Notes: generated by a model not told the origin, from the letters alone. 64,000 nt of DNA from Anaerolineae bacterium (GCA_035341665.1 DAOQVR010000002.1:117626-181625); one strand, 5' to 3'; shown: positions 26,223 through 35,468, counted from the stretch's first letter. Numbers and translations: made by a program.

Positions 26223-28597
26223 GCCGCCGCGCGCTGCTCCACGCGCTCCTCCTGGCGTCCGTCCTCCTCCTGGCAGCCGCACTGCGCTTCTACAGGCTAG
26301 ACCACCAGAGCCTGTGGAACGACGAGGGCACGAGCGTAGCCATGGCCCAGCGCGACCTCCAAACCATCGCCCGCAACGCCGCGGCGGACATCCACCCGCC
26401 TCTCTACTACGTGCTCCTCAGCCGGTGGGTTCGGGTGCTCGGCACGGGAGAGGCAGCCGTACGCTCGCTCTCGGCGCTGCTGGGCGTCGGGCTCGTGGCG
26501 CTCACCTACGCGCTCGGGCGCCTATTGCTTGGGCTGCGGCCCGCGCTGGCAGCCGCGTTTCTGGCAGCCATCAGCCCTTTTCAGGTCTATTACTCCCAGG
26601 AAGCGCGCATGTACATGCTGCTCGCGGTCCTCGCGGCCGGCGCGGTACTGGCCCTCGCCCGCTGGGTCCGGCGGCCCACATGGCAGGCCCTGGCAGCGCT
26701 CGTGCTGCTGGAGGCGGCCGGGCTCTGGACGCACTACTCCTTCGCCTTTGTCGCCTTGGCACTCAACCTGGCGTTTCTTCTCTCCCTGCGGCGCGGGACA
26801 CTGCAGCAGTTGGTGCCGTGGGGCGCCTCACAGGTGGCTGCCCTCCTTCTCTTTGCCCCATGGCTCCCGGTGGCGCTGCGCCAGGCAGGGGGATGGCCCG
26901 GCCGGGTCGACGCGGCCGCCTTGCCGGCCCTGGCAGATGCCTGGCGATGGCTCGTCTTCGGACCGGCGATCGCGACCCGTGTGGTCCTGGCCTGGGTTGT
27001 CGTGTCGGCCATCCTGGTATTGGCCGGGTGGGCCCTGATTGGGCGGCAGCCCGACCGGTCGGAGCGCCCTCTGCCCAGCCCTCCCCTCGGCCGGTGGGCC
27101 GCACGGTGGCCTGCGCATCTCTTGCTGCTGTGGCTGGGCGTGCCCTTGGCACTGATCTTTGCACTCGGGCTCTACCGCGAAGCATATCTCAAGTTCCTCC
27201 TCGTCTGCTCGCCGGCTGTCCACCTCCTGCTGGCTTCTGCCCTGACGTGGCCCCCGACCGGCCGGCCGCCCACACTGGGCGGTAGGGCGATGCTGCCTGG
27301 CGTCCAGGTGCTCCTCGGCACAGGTATTGTCCTCTTGAGCTGCGTTGCGCTGCGGAACTACTTCCTCGAGCCGGCCTACGCCCGGGACGACTACCGAGGC
27401 ATCGCCTCGTACGTCGAGGCAATGGGCCGCCCCGGGGACGCCATCCTGCTCAATGCGCCAGGCCAACAAGAGGTGTTCGGCTACTACTATCAGGGGGACC
27501 TGCCCGTGCGCCCGCTGCCCCAGGGCCGGCCGCTGGACCCAACGGCGACGGAGGCCGCCCTGGAGGAGCTGGCGGGGCCGGGCGGCCGTATCTTTGCCGT
27601 GCTCTGGGCTACGGACGAATCGGACCCCGGCCGCTTCGTCGAGGGTTGGCTGGACGGCCACACCTACAAGGCGCTCGACTCCTGGTACGGCAACGTGCGC
27701 CTGGCGCTCTATGCCGTTCCGGAGCAGACACCCTCCCTACCCGGCGTGATGCTCGACGTCCCCCTGGCAGACCCTTCGTCTGGCGACGAACTCGCGCTGG
27801 TGGGCTACAGCCTCCCCCAGCAGACGCTGGCGGCAGGCGATATCGCCCAGTTCAGCCTCTTCTGGCAGGCTTCCCGCACCCCGGCGCGCCGCTACAAAGT
27901 CTTCGTCCACCTGCTCGACGAGGCAAGCCACATCGTCGGCCAGTACGACGGCGAGCCGGGCGGCGGCGCACTGCTGACGACCCTCTGGTCACCGGGCAGC
28001 CTCGTGGCGGACCACCTGGGTGTCGCCATTCACCCCGCCACGCCGCCCGGCAAGTACCGCGTCGAGGTAGGGCTGTACGATGCCGAGACGGGCCGGCGGC
28101 TGGCAGCACCCGACGGTGCCACGCAGCTGTGGCTCGAGCCCTTGGAGGTCTCGCGCCCGGCGGCACCCGCACCTGCTGCGGCGCTTGGAAAGAGAACTGT
28201 GTCCAAGGGCGACTTTGGCGCGCTCCGCCTGCTGAGCTACGACGTCTACAGGCTCGGCTCCTCGGCGGGCAGCCAGGATGCCCTGCGCCCGGGGGATCTG
28301 CTCCACCTGGATCTCTACTGGCAGGCCGATGTGCAGCCTGAAGGTGACTGGCAGGTGCAGGTCGGACTGGTAGACAGCAACGGAGCTCAAGTCGGACAGG
28401 TCTCAGCCCCGCCGGCGACCGGCTTCCCGACGCGCCGCTGGCAGGCCGGGGATACCTGGCGCGGCCAGGTCGATCTGCCGCTCGCCGGCGAGCTGAGGCC
28501 GGGACGCTACCAGCTGAGCATCGTGGCCTTCCCACCCGGCGGCAAGCCCGCCGAGCCCCTGCTGACGGATGACGTGCGGGTCGAGGCGCCCCAATGA
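26219..28597 (+). CDS. GT39/ArnT-like (PMT_2) membrane glycosyltransferase with large C-terminal extracytoplasmic domain
   Basis: ATGA overlap with the upstream stop. FYRLDHQSLWNDEG..DIHPPLYY motif and more than 10 TM helices. Confidence 0.75.
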   Translation: MSRRALLHALLLASVLLLAAALRFYRLDHQSLWNDEGTSVAMAQRDLQTIARNAAADIHPPLYYVLLSRWVRVLGTGEAAVRSLSALLGVGLVALTYALGRLLLGLRPALAAAFLAAISPFQVYYSQEARMYMLLAVLAAGAVLALARWVRRPTWQALAALVLLEAAGLWTHYSFAFVALALNLAFLLSLRRGTLQQLVPWGASQVAALLLFAPWLPVALRQAGGWPGRVDAAALPALADAWRWLVFGPAIATRVVLAWVVVSAILVLAGWALIGRQPDRSERPLPSPPLGRWAARWPAHLLLLWLGVPLALIFALGLYREAYLKFLLVCSPAVHLLLASALTWPPTGRPPTLGGRAMLPGVQVLLGTGIVLLSCVALRNYFLEPAYARDDYRGIASYVEAMGRPGDAILLNAPGQQEVFGYYYQGDLPVRPLPQGRPLDPTATEAALEELAGPGGRIFAVLWATDESDPGRFVEGWLDGHTYKALDSWYGNVRLALYAVPEQTPSLPGVMLDVPLADPSSGDELALVGYSLPQQTLAAGDIAQFSLFWQASRTPARRYKVFVHLLDEASHIVGQYDGEPGGGALLTTLWSPGSLVADHLGVAIHPATPPGKYRVEVGLYDAETGRRLAAPDGATQLWLEPLEVSRPAAPAPAAALGKRTVSKGDFGALRLLSYDVYRLGSSAGSQDALRPGDLLHLDLYWQADVQPEGDWQVQVGLVDSNGAQVGQVSAPPATGFPTRRWQAGDTWRGQVDLPLAGELRPGRYQLSIVAFPPGGKPAEPLLTDDVRVEAPQ

Positions 28598-28613
28598 GCC
28601 TTCGGAGCGAAGC

Positions 28614-29603
28614 ATGAGAGTCTCTGTTATCGCCACTGTGCTGAACGAAGGCCCGTCCATCGAGCGGCTTCTGCAATCGCTCGCCGGACAGACCCTCCCA
28701 CCCGACGAGGTCGTAATCGTCGACGGCGGCTCGACCGACGACACGCTGCCGGTACTGCAGTCGTGGGCCACAGAAGGCCGCCTCCCCGTCAAGATCGTCA
28801 TCCGGCCGGGGGCCAATATCTCCCAAGGGCGCAACGCCGCAGTCGCCGCCGCCTCGGGCGACGTGATCGCCTCCACAGACGCCGGCGTGCGCCTCGAGCC
28901 AGGATGGCTGGAGGCACTGGTCGCGCCCTTCGAGGGCGAGGAAGGACCGCACGTGCGGGTGGTCTCCGGCTGGTTCGTCGCCGACCCACACACCCTCTTC
29001 GAGACGGCCATGGGAGCCACCGTGCTGCCGCGCCGGCGAGAGGTCAGGGTCGCCACCTTCCTGCCCTCCAGTCGCTCAGTGGCGTTCCGCAAGTCCGCCT
29101 GGGATGCAGCAGGAGGCTACCCCGAGTGGCTCGACTACTGCGAGGACCTCGTCTTTGACCTGAAGCTGCGCGAGCTATATGGGACCTTCCCCTTCGAGCC
29201 CATGGCGAGGGTGTACTTCCGCCCGCGAGGCAGCCTGACCGCCTTCTGGAAGCAGTACTACCGCTATGCGCGCGGGGACGGCAAGGCCGACCTGTGGCGC
29301 AGGCGACACGCCATCCGCTACCTGACCTACCTGGTGCTGTTCCCAGGGCTCGTGGCACTGGCAGTGCGCCATTCGCCGCTCTGGTGGCTGGCTCTGGTCC
29401 TGGGCGCCCTGGCCTATACGGCGACACCCTACCGGAGACTGTGGGGGAGCCTGGCCGGCCACGCCTGGCCCGACCGGATCAAGGCACTGCTCCTGGTGCC
29501 GGTCATCCGCGTCGTGGGGGACTGCGCCAAGATGGTAGGCTACCCGGCAGGGCGGCTGTGGCGTTGGCAGAACCGTGGGCGGGCCGAAATCCACTGGCGC
29601 TGA
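28614..29603 (+). CDS. Family 2 glycosyltransferase
   Basis: VSVIATVLNEGPSIERLLQSL..DEVVIVDGGSTDDT and a DAG motif. Confidence 0.85.
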   Translation: MRVSVIATVLNEGPSIERLLQSLAGQTLPPDEVVIVDGGSTDDTLPVLQSWATEGRLPVKIVIRPGANISQGRNAAVAAASGDVIASTDAGVRLEPGWLEALVAPFEGEEGPHVRVVSGWFVADPHTLFETAMGATVLPRRREVRVATFLPSSRSVAFRKSAWDAAGGYPEWLDYCEDLVFDLKLRELYGTFPFEPMARVYFRPRGSLTAFWKQYYRYARGDGKADLWRRRHAIRYLTYLVLFPGLVALAVRHSPLWWLALVLGALAYTATPYRRLWGSLAGHAWPDRIKALLLVPVIRVVGDCAKMVGYPAGRLWRWQNRGRAEIHWR

Positions 29604-29615
29604 GCCGGGCGTAGC

Positions 29616-29813
29616 TCACTCCCGGCTCTCGTCAGCCCGTTCCTCGTACCATTCGTCCTCGTCGGGCCATTCCATGGCCCAATCGAGCTCCAGGGGCTCC
29701 AGCGAAATCACCTCGAGCTGCGCGTCGCAGTAGGGACACAGCAGCTTCTGCATCAGCCTTGGGTGGCTCAGGCTGAGCCGGGCGTCACAGTCGGGACAGG
29801 TACCGGTTGCCAC
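29616..29813 (-). CDS. LysW-like zinc-ribbon amino-group carrier protein homologue (65 aa)
   Basis: GTG start 11 nt after GGAGGAG. TCPDCDARLSL..LLCPYCDAQLEVISLEPLELDW then an acidic tail DEDEWYEERADESRE, parallel to Thermus LysW (CPECGAEL..CEDCGAELEVV..DPL.LE..EDWGE). Confidence 0.55.
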   Translation of the reverse strand: MATGTCPDCDARLSLSHPRLMQKLLCPYCDAQLEVISLEPLELDWAMEWPDEDEWYEERADESRE

Positions 29814-29975
29814 GGGATGGTCTTCTCCTCCTCTTTCTTCACGCAGTAGAATAGCCCGAAGGCGATCACAAGTCAAGGCGAAGGCAACCCGGTCAGGAAG
29901 TTGCTCTCTCCTAGGGCACTCGTGGCGCCTTGTGCTACCGATGCGTAGGTGATAGAATGGCCTATGGCAGCCACG

Positions 29976-30062
29976 GATGGTCGATAATTGTTTCTGGGAT
30001 TTCGGCCATTTCGGGATAGTACCCTTAAAAACGTGGCACAGTGTCACAGTTCGCGAACCCTA
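29976..30062 (+). promoter_or_regulatory. Conserved intergenic element, copy 2 of 3
   Basis: GATGGTCGATAATTGTTTCTGGGATTTCGGCCATTTCGGGATAGTACCCTTAAAAACGTGGCACAGTGTCACAGTTCGCGAACCC, 118 nt upstream of the PA14 gene. Confidence 0.6.
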
Positions 30063-30179
30063 TGCAGGGGCACCTCCGGGAACCATTTCGCGGCATCCTG
30101 CGTCTATCTGGTGAGAGAGCCGGCCCTGCGAGGGCTGGCAGCGACGTACTTTCCGAGAAGAAGTAGATGGAGGTGTAAC

Positions 30180-31460
30180 ATGTCCAGGCGCATTGTTTTC
30201 TCGTTGGCAGTCATTGCCGCGCTGCTTTTGCCAGGCGCGGCCCTAGCCGAAGGTCCCATCAGCCCCGACCATTCCGACCCAACGTGGGCGGCTTCCTACT
30301 GGAACAATGTGGACCTGTCTGGCACACCTGTCCTCGAGCGGGCAGAGGCCGACCTCAGCTACAACTGGGGATACGGCTCTCCAGATCCCGCGGTAGTCAA
30401 CGATTACTTCTCCGCACGCTGGACTCGCTACCTCTACATGGAGCAGTCCGGCACCTACCGGTTCACGGTCACAAGCGATGACGGCGTCCGCGTCTTTGTC
30501 GACGACGTCCAGATTATCAACGGGTGGTGGGACCATGCGGCCCAGACCTTCACGGCAGACCGCACGCTCGGTGCAGGGCACCACATGGTGCGCGTCGAGT
30601 TCTACGAGCGCGCCGGCGTGGCCGTCTGCCAGTTCTCCTGGACCCAGGTCGTCCCCATCAGCAACTGGCGTGGCGAGTACTACAACAACAAGAACCTGAG
30701 CGGCTCGCCCGCCCTGGTGCGCGACGATGCCAGCATCAACTTCGACTGGGGTTCTGGCTCGCCCGCTGGGGGCATCAATGCCGACCTCTTCTCGGTCCGC
30801 TGGACGCGCACCGTGAGCTTTGCGGCCGGCAACTACACCTTCTCGGCAACGGTCGACGACGGGGTGAAGCTCTGGGTGAACAACCACCTCCTGATCGACA
30901 AGTGGAGCGATCACGCCCGCACAACCTTCACCGGCACCATCTACCTGCCCGCGGGCAGCATCCCGCTCAAGATGGAGTACTACGAGAACACCGGCGTGGC
31001 CGAAGCAAGGCTCTCCTGGAGCCAGGGCGGTGGCCCGGGCGAGGTGATCGTGGACGACAAGTCGGCCGGCTTCCAGAAGGGCGGCTCGCCCTCGAGCTGG
31101 CGCATCGCCTACGAGGGCTACAACGGCCGCCTCTACTGGACCAAGAACAACGACTATGTCCGCCCCAACTACAACTGGGCACGCTGGTATCCCAGCCTGA
31201 CCGCCGGCAAGTACGAGGTGTACGTCTACATCCCATTCAAGTACACGACCACGGCCAAGGCACGATACTGGGTCTCCCACCGCGATGGCATGACCCTGCG
31301 CGTCGTCAGCCAGTCGGCCAACGGCGACAAGTGGGTTTCGCTCGGCACCTACTGGTTCCGGGGCACCAACATGGACTATGTGTCGCTGTCCGACGTCACG
31401 TACGAGCCCTATCTTTCGAGATTGATCGCCTTTGACGCGGTCAAGTGGGTCAAGCGGTAA
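30180..31460 (+). CDS. Secreted protein with two PA14 domains and a C-terminal golvesin-like domain
   Basis: GGAGGTG RBS. Signal MSRRIVFSLAVIAALLLPGAALA. Two copies of YWNN..LSG.P......N..WG.GSP....D.FS.RWTR...G.Y.F....DDGV..(W/F)V.. Confidence 0.75.
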   Translation: MSRRIVFSLAVIAALLLPGAALAEGPISPDHSDPTWAASYWNNVDLSGTPVLERAEADLSYNWGYGSPDPAVVNDYFSARWTRYLYMEQSGTYRFTVTSDDGVRVFVDDVQIINGWWDHAAQTFTADRTLGAGHHMVRVEFYERAGVAVCQFSWTQVVPISNWRGEYYNNKNLSGSPALVRDDASINFDWGSGSPAGGINADLFSVRWTRTVSFAAGNYTFSATVDDGVKLWVNNHLLIDKWSDHARTTFTGTIYLPAGSIPLKMEYYENTGVAEARLSWSQGGGPGEVIVDDKSAGFQKGGSPSSWRIAYEGYNGRLYWTKNNDYVRPNYNWARWYPSLTAGKYEVYVYIPFKYTTTAKARYWVSHRDGMTLRVVSQSANGDKWVSLGTYWFRGTNMDYVSLSDVTYEPYLSRLIAFDAVKWVKR

Positions 31461-31522
31461 AGGCAACTCCACCGGCCGGGCCGCTGGGCCCGGCCGGTGC
31501 TCTCTGCGCCTATCCTTCAATA

Positions 31523-31671
31523 GGGGCTGTCCAAAAACGATCATTCCGAGGGAGCGCAGCGACCGAGGCACGCCCTGAGGTACGAAGGGAATCTCTGATT
31601 CCGCCTGACACGCAAAGTCACACGCATCGCTGCGCTCGGCATGGCAGGTCGTGTGCTTTCTGGACAGCCCC
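31523..31671 (+). repeat. 149-bp MITE-like element with perfect 11-bp terminal inverted repeats
   Basis: GGGGCTGTCCA at 31523-31533 and TGGACAGCCCC at 31661-31671. The internal arms carry inverted CCGAGsGAGCGCAGCGA modules. Homologous to 7690-7850. Confidence 0.6.
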
Positions 31672-31777
31672 CATTGACTTTCCTGCTTGCGGTCTGCTTT
31701 CCCCAGTGCTATAATCCGCCCCCGCACGTGGGCGCAGGCCCGGCCCACCGGCGATCCGGGACTCACCAGAGGAATGC

Positions 31778-32374
31778 ATGCCAGCCTATTCCGCACGCTA
31801 CGAAGCCGCGCTGGTGCTTGCCATCCGCGCGCACCAGACCCAGGTGCGCAAGGGAACCGATATCCCCTATGCCAGCCACCCCGTCCACGTCTCCGTCATC
31901 CTGCAGAAGCACGGCTACCCGGACGATCTCGCCGTTGCCGGCCTGTTGCACGACGTCGTAGAAGACCAGGATGTCCCGATCGGCGCCATAGAAAGCGAGT
32001 TCGGCCCCGCTGTGGCGGAGATGGTGCTCGCCGTCACCGAGCTCAAGTCAGAGGGAGGCATCAAGCGCCCCTGGCGAACACGCAAGGAGGAGGCCCTCGC
32101 CCACATGCGCGCGGGCGGTCCCGCCGTTGCCGCTCTCAAGGCGGCCGACGTGCTGCACAACGTCCACTCGCTGGCTGCGCAGCTGCAGGGGGCCGGCGCC
32201 AGCGCCTGGTCCCACTTCTCCCGTGGTCCGGAGGATACGCTCTGGTACTACCGTAGCGTGGCCGATCTAGCCCGTGAGCACCTGGGGCCGGTTCCGCTGG
32301 TCGAGGAGCTGGCCCAGGCCGTCTCCGGCGTTGAGCGGATCGTCGCCGGCATGGAAGGTGCCCGCCATGATTGA
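31778..32374 (+). CDS. HD-domain (RelA/SpoT-type, HD_4) phosphohydrolase
   Basis: AHQTQVRKGTDIPYASHPVHV and LLHDVVED motifs. About 200 aa, small alarmone hydrolase-like. Confidence 0.7.
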   Translation: MPAYSARYEAALVLAIRAHQTQVRKGTDIPYASHPVHVSVILQKHGYPDDLAVAGLLHDVVEDQDVPIGAIESEFGPAVAEMVLAVTELKSEGGIKRPWRTRKEEALAHMRAGGPAVAALKAADVLHNVHSLAAQLQGAGASAWSHFSRGPEDTLWYYRSVADLAREHLGPVPLVEELAQAVSGVERIVAGMEGARHD

Positions 32375-33578
32375 CGCGCTCAAGCTTCTCGGCATTCTGA
32401 CCTTCATCATCCTGCTGATCCGGATCAGGTGGAACCTGGGCTTGGTGCTGCTCCTGGCCTCGGCACTGACTGGATTGCTCTTTGCCATGCCGCTGGCGGA
32501 CCTGGGACGCGAAGTCCTCGCGGCCGCAGTCGATGCGACGACGCTGCGCCTGGTCGCCATCGTCCTGCTGATCACCTACATGGGCGAGATCCTGCGCGGC
32601 ACGCTCCAGCTAGAGGGCATGGTGCGCTCGCTGAGCGACCTCTTCCTCGACCGGCGCTGGCTTCTCGGCCTGCTGCCGCTTCTCATCGGCCTGCTGCCCA
32701 TGGTGGGCGGCGCCATGTTCTCGGCACCCATGGTGGAAGAAGCCGCGCAGGGGCTGAACGTCAGCCGCGAGCGCAAGACTTACGTCAACTACTGGTTCCG
32801 GCATGCCTGCGAGACGGCCTTTCCCCTCTACCCCTCGCTGGTGGTGGCGGCTGGGCTCATGGGGGTAACCACCCAGGCACTGGCGCTCAGCAACTGGCCG
32901 CTCCTCGTCGCCGTGCTGGGAACGGGGATCGTGCTCGGGTTGGCGGGCATCCAGCGCATCCTGCCTGACGGGGGCGAGCGCCCCGACCGCCGGGACACGT
33001 GGCTCTTGCTGGTCAAGTCCGTCTGGCCCATCGCACTGGTGCTGGTCTTGGCGCTCGTGCTCCACCTGGACCTGGTGCTCTCACTGGCGATCACCGTCCT
33101 GATTCTGATCTTGGCGCATCGGCTCCAGCCGCGCCGGCTCTGGACCTTCCTGAAAAAGATGCCCTTCGACGTCGTGCCTATCATCCTGGGGGCTATGATC
33201 TTTCAGAGGGTCCTCACCGAAAGCAGCGCCGTGGAGGTGGCCTCCACGGGACTGGCGGCGCTCGGCATCCCGGTGCCGATTGTTGTCTTTGGCATTCCCC
33301 TGCTGGCTGGGCTCCTGACAGGGCTGGCCGTCGCAGGCTTTGCCATCGGCCTGCCCATTGTGCTGCCGCTCTGCCCGCCGGAGCTGATCGGCACCGGCTA
33401 CAGCCTTCTCGCCTACACCGGTGGCTGGCTGGGGCTGCAGCTTTCCCCCGTGCACATCTGCCTGGCGCTCAGCCGGGCCTATTTCAAGGCCTCCTGGGGA
33501 GGGATCTACCGCTACCTGCTTCCCTCCGCAGCGGTGGTCATTGCCGTCGCGGCCGCCGTGCTGCTGATCCGCTCCTGA
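32367..33578 (+). CDS. Polytopic membrane protein, DUF401-like putative transporter
   Basis: Start overlaps the upstream stop by 8 nt. About 12 TM helices. The N-terminus MIDALKLLGILTFIILLIRIRWNLG resembles the DUF401 family. Confidence 0.5.
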   Translation: MIDALKLLGILTFIILLIRIRWNLGLVLLLASALTGLLFAMPLADLGREVLAAAVDATTLRLVAIVLLITYMGEILRGTLQLEGMVRSLSDLFLDRRWLLGLLPLLIGLLPMVGGAMFSAPMVEEAAQGLNVSRERKTYVNYWFRHACETAFPLYPSLVVAAGLMGVTTQALALSNWPLLVAVLGTGIVLGLAGIQRILPDGGERPDRRDTWLLLVKSVWPIALVLVLALVLHLDLVLSLAITVLILILAHRLQPRRLWTFLKKMPFDVVPIILGAMIFQRVLTESSAVEVASTGLAALGIPVPIVVFGIPLLAGLLTGLAVAGFAIGLPIVLPLCPPELIGTGYSLLAYTGGWLGLQLSPVHICLALSRAYFKASWGGIYRYLLPSAAVVIAVAAAVLLIRS

Positions 33579-33650
33579 GGCGCACGGCAGCGGAAGGCAA
33601 GCTCGCCCGACATCCCCCCGCCGGGTACGGGCAGGAATGCACCACCTGCC

Positions 33651-33679
33651 TTGCCGTGGGTGCATGATTGTGCTACGAT
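33651..33679 (+). promoter_or_regulatory. sigma70-type promoter
   Basis: TTGCCG, 17 nt, TACGAT. Its position argues that the downstream CDS starts at GTG 33716, not 33668. Confidence 0.45.
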
Positions 33680-33715
33680 AGCTGCATCCCAGCCGAGAGA
33701 GGACCGACACCAGCC

Positions 33716-35464
33716 GTGGACCCGAACCGTCCCTATCCCACCCGTCGCCAAACCCGTTGGTCCTGGCTCGCCGTTGTGCTGATGCTCCTCGCAGCGTCCG
33801 CCTCCCTCCTGCCGCTCCTCCGGGGCACCATGGGCTACCGGCCTGCCTACCGGGAGCGCAGCACCACAGGCGCGCCGCCGCCGGCCCTCGTCCCTCGCCT
33901 GGTTTTGATCATCGTCGATGGGCTCCGCTACGACCTCTCGGAGCAGATGCCCTGCCTCGAAGCGCTGCGCGGCACAGGCGCGTGGGGCAAGTCGATCGCG
34001 TCCTTCCCGAGTTTTTCGCAGCCCACTTGGACGGCGTTGGTGACTGGGGCACGGCCCGAGATTAGCGGGGCGGCGCTCTTCAACGCCGCCTTCGAATCGC
34101 TTCAGCCAATCCAGGTCGCCACGCTGTTTGAGATGGCCAAGGAGGCAGGCCTCACCACGGCGCTCGCCGGGCAGCAGTGGTGGTCCAAGATGGTGCCGGC
34201 CGAGCACCTGGACCATGCCCACTTTGTCGCCGAGTTCGACGCGGAGGGCGATGCCGAAGCAGCCGAGGCAGCAATCGAGCTCTACGCCAGGCCGGACGTT
34301 GATTTCCTGCTGCTCTACTTGGGCGAGTACGACGAGCTGAACCACAGCGTCGGAGCGCTGAGCACAGAGGCATTGAAGTCGATCGAGCACTCCGATAGAG
34401 CGGTCTGCGCGCTGGTGTCGGCGGTCGACCTTACGAGCACGGCGCTTGTCGTGACGGCCGACCATGGGCAGCTCGATGCAGCCGGCCACGGCGGCGACGA
34501 CCGCACCGTGCGGGAAACCCCACTCATTATGGCCGGCGCACGGGTCCGGCCGGGCCGCTACCCGGCGGTCCAGCAGCCCGACATCCCGGCGACTATCGCT
34601 GCCCTCCTGGGGGTACCCTTCCCGCGCTCAGGGCAGGGTAGGGTGCTGTACGATTGGCTGGACCTGACGGAAGAGGAACGGGCGAGGGGTGAGGTGGCCC
34701 TGGTGGCTCAGCAGGCAGCCTGGGCCGACGCCTACTTGGCCTCGTTCCAGGGAAGCGCGCTGCCCGTGGAGCACATCGACTCCACCGGCCTGGAGGCGCT
34801 CCTCCGCGCAGGCGACTGGCCCGCGGCACAAAGCGCGGCCGCCTCGGTTCGATCGGATATCTTGCAGTACGTCGAGGGGCAGCGGTCGGCAGAGATCGCC
34901 CGCAGCCGGTGGCTCTGGCTCTTGCCGTCGCTGTTCGGGCTTGGGCTGCTGGGGGTCCTCCTTGCGGCGACCGTGCGCGCCTCTGGCTGGGCGCCGATCT
35001 GCGCCGTTGTGGCGGGAGGCGCTGCCTACCACGCCTTCTACCTGCTTCGCGGGCACGTCTACTCCCTCAGCACGCTCAGCAGCATGGGCTCGCCCCTGCG
35101 CTTTCTGCTCACCCTCGTTGTCGGGGCACTGATTGCCCTGGCGGTGGGGATCGGGCTGCTCTGGCTTGCGTCGCGGCGGGCGTCCTCCCCCGTACGGCCG
35201 CTCTCGCGGTCGATCCCGGCGCTCTACGCGGCGTTGTGCGGCCTCTTTGCCGCGGTCGCCCTCTGCGCCTGGCTGGTGAACGGCAGCCTGGGAGGTTGGC
35301 TGCTGGTCAGCCCCAAGGCCAGCTTCGTGGCAATCCTGAGCGTCGCGCAGCTGATCCTGGTGGGGCTGCTGGGTCTGGTAATCATGGCCGGTGCGGCCAT
35401 CGGGGGCAAGCGCGCCCGCCCCGTCTCCCCCGGGGAGCGGCGGACGGGCAGCCTTGGGAGATGA
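33716..35464 (+). CDS. Alkaline phosphatase/nucleotide pyrophosphatase family protein fused to a C-terminal multi-TM domain
   Basis: LVLIIVDGLRYD metal/nucleophile region, TADHGQ..GHGG motif, N-terminal TM and about 6 C-terminal TM helices. Confidence 0.7.
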   Translation: MDPNRPYPTRRQTRWSWLAVVLMLLAASASLLPLLRGTMGYRPAYRERSTTGAPPPALVPRLVLIIVDGLRYDLSEQMPCLEALRGTGAWGKSIASFPSFSQPTWTALVTGARPEISGAALFNAAFESLQPIQVATLFEMAKEAGLTTALAGQQWWSKMVPAEHLDHAHFVAEFDAEGDAEAAEAAIELYARPDVDFLLLYLGEYDELNHSVGALSTEALKSIEHSDRAVCALVSAVDLTSTALVVTADHGQLDAAGHGGDDRTVRETPLIMAGARVRPGRYPAVQQPDIPATIAALLGVPFPRSGQGRVLYDWLDLTEEERARGEVALVAQQAAWADAYLASFQGSALPVEHIDSTGLEALLRAGDWPAAQSAAASVRSDILQYVEGQRSAEIARSRWLWLLPSLFGLGLLGVLLAATVRASGWAPICAVVAGGAAYHAFYLLRGHVYSLSTLSSMGSPLRFLLTLVVGALIALAVGIGLLWLASRRASSPVRPLSRSIPALYAALCGLFAAVALCAWLVNGSLGGWLLVSPKASFVAILSVAQLILVGLLGLVIMAGAAIGGKRARPVSPGERRTGSLGR

Positions 35465-35468
35465 GACA

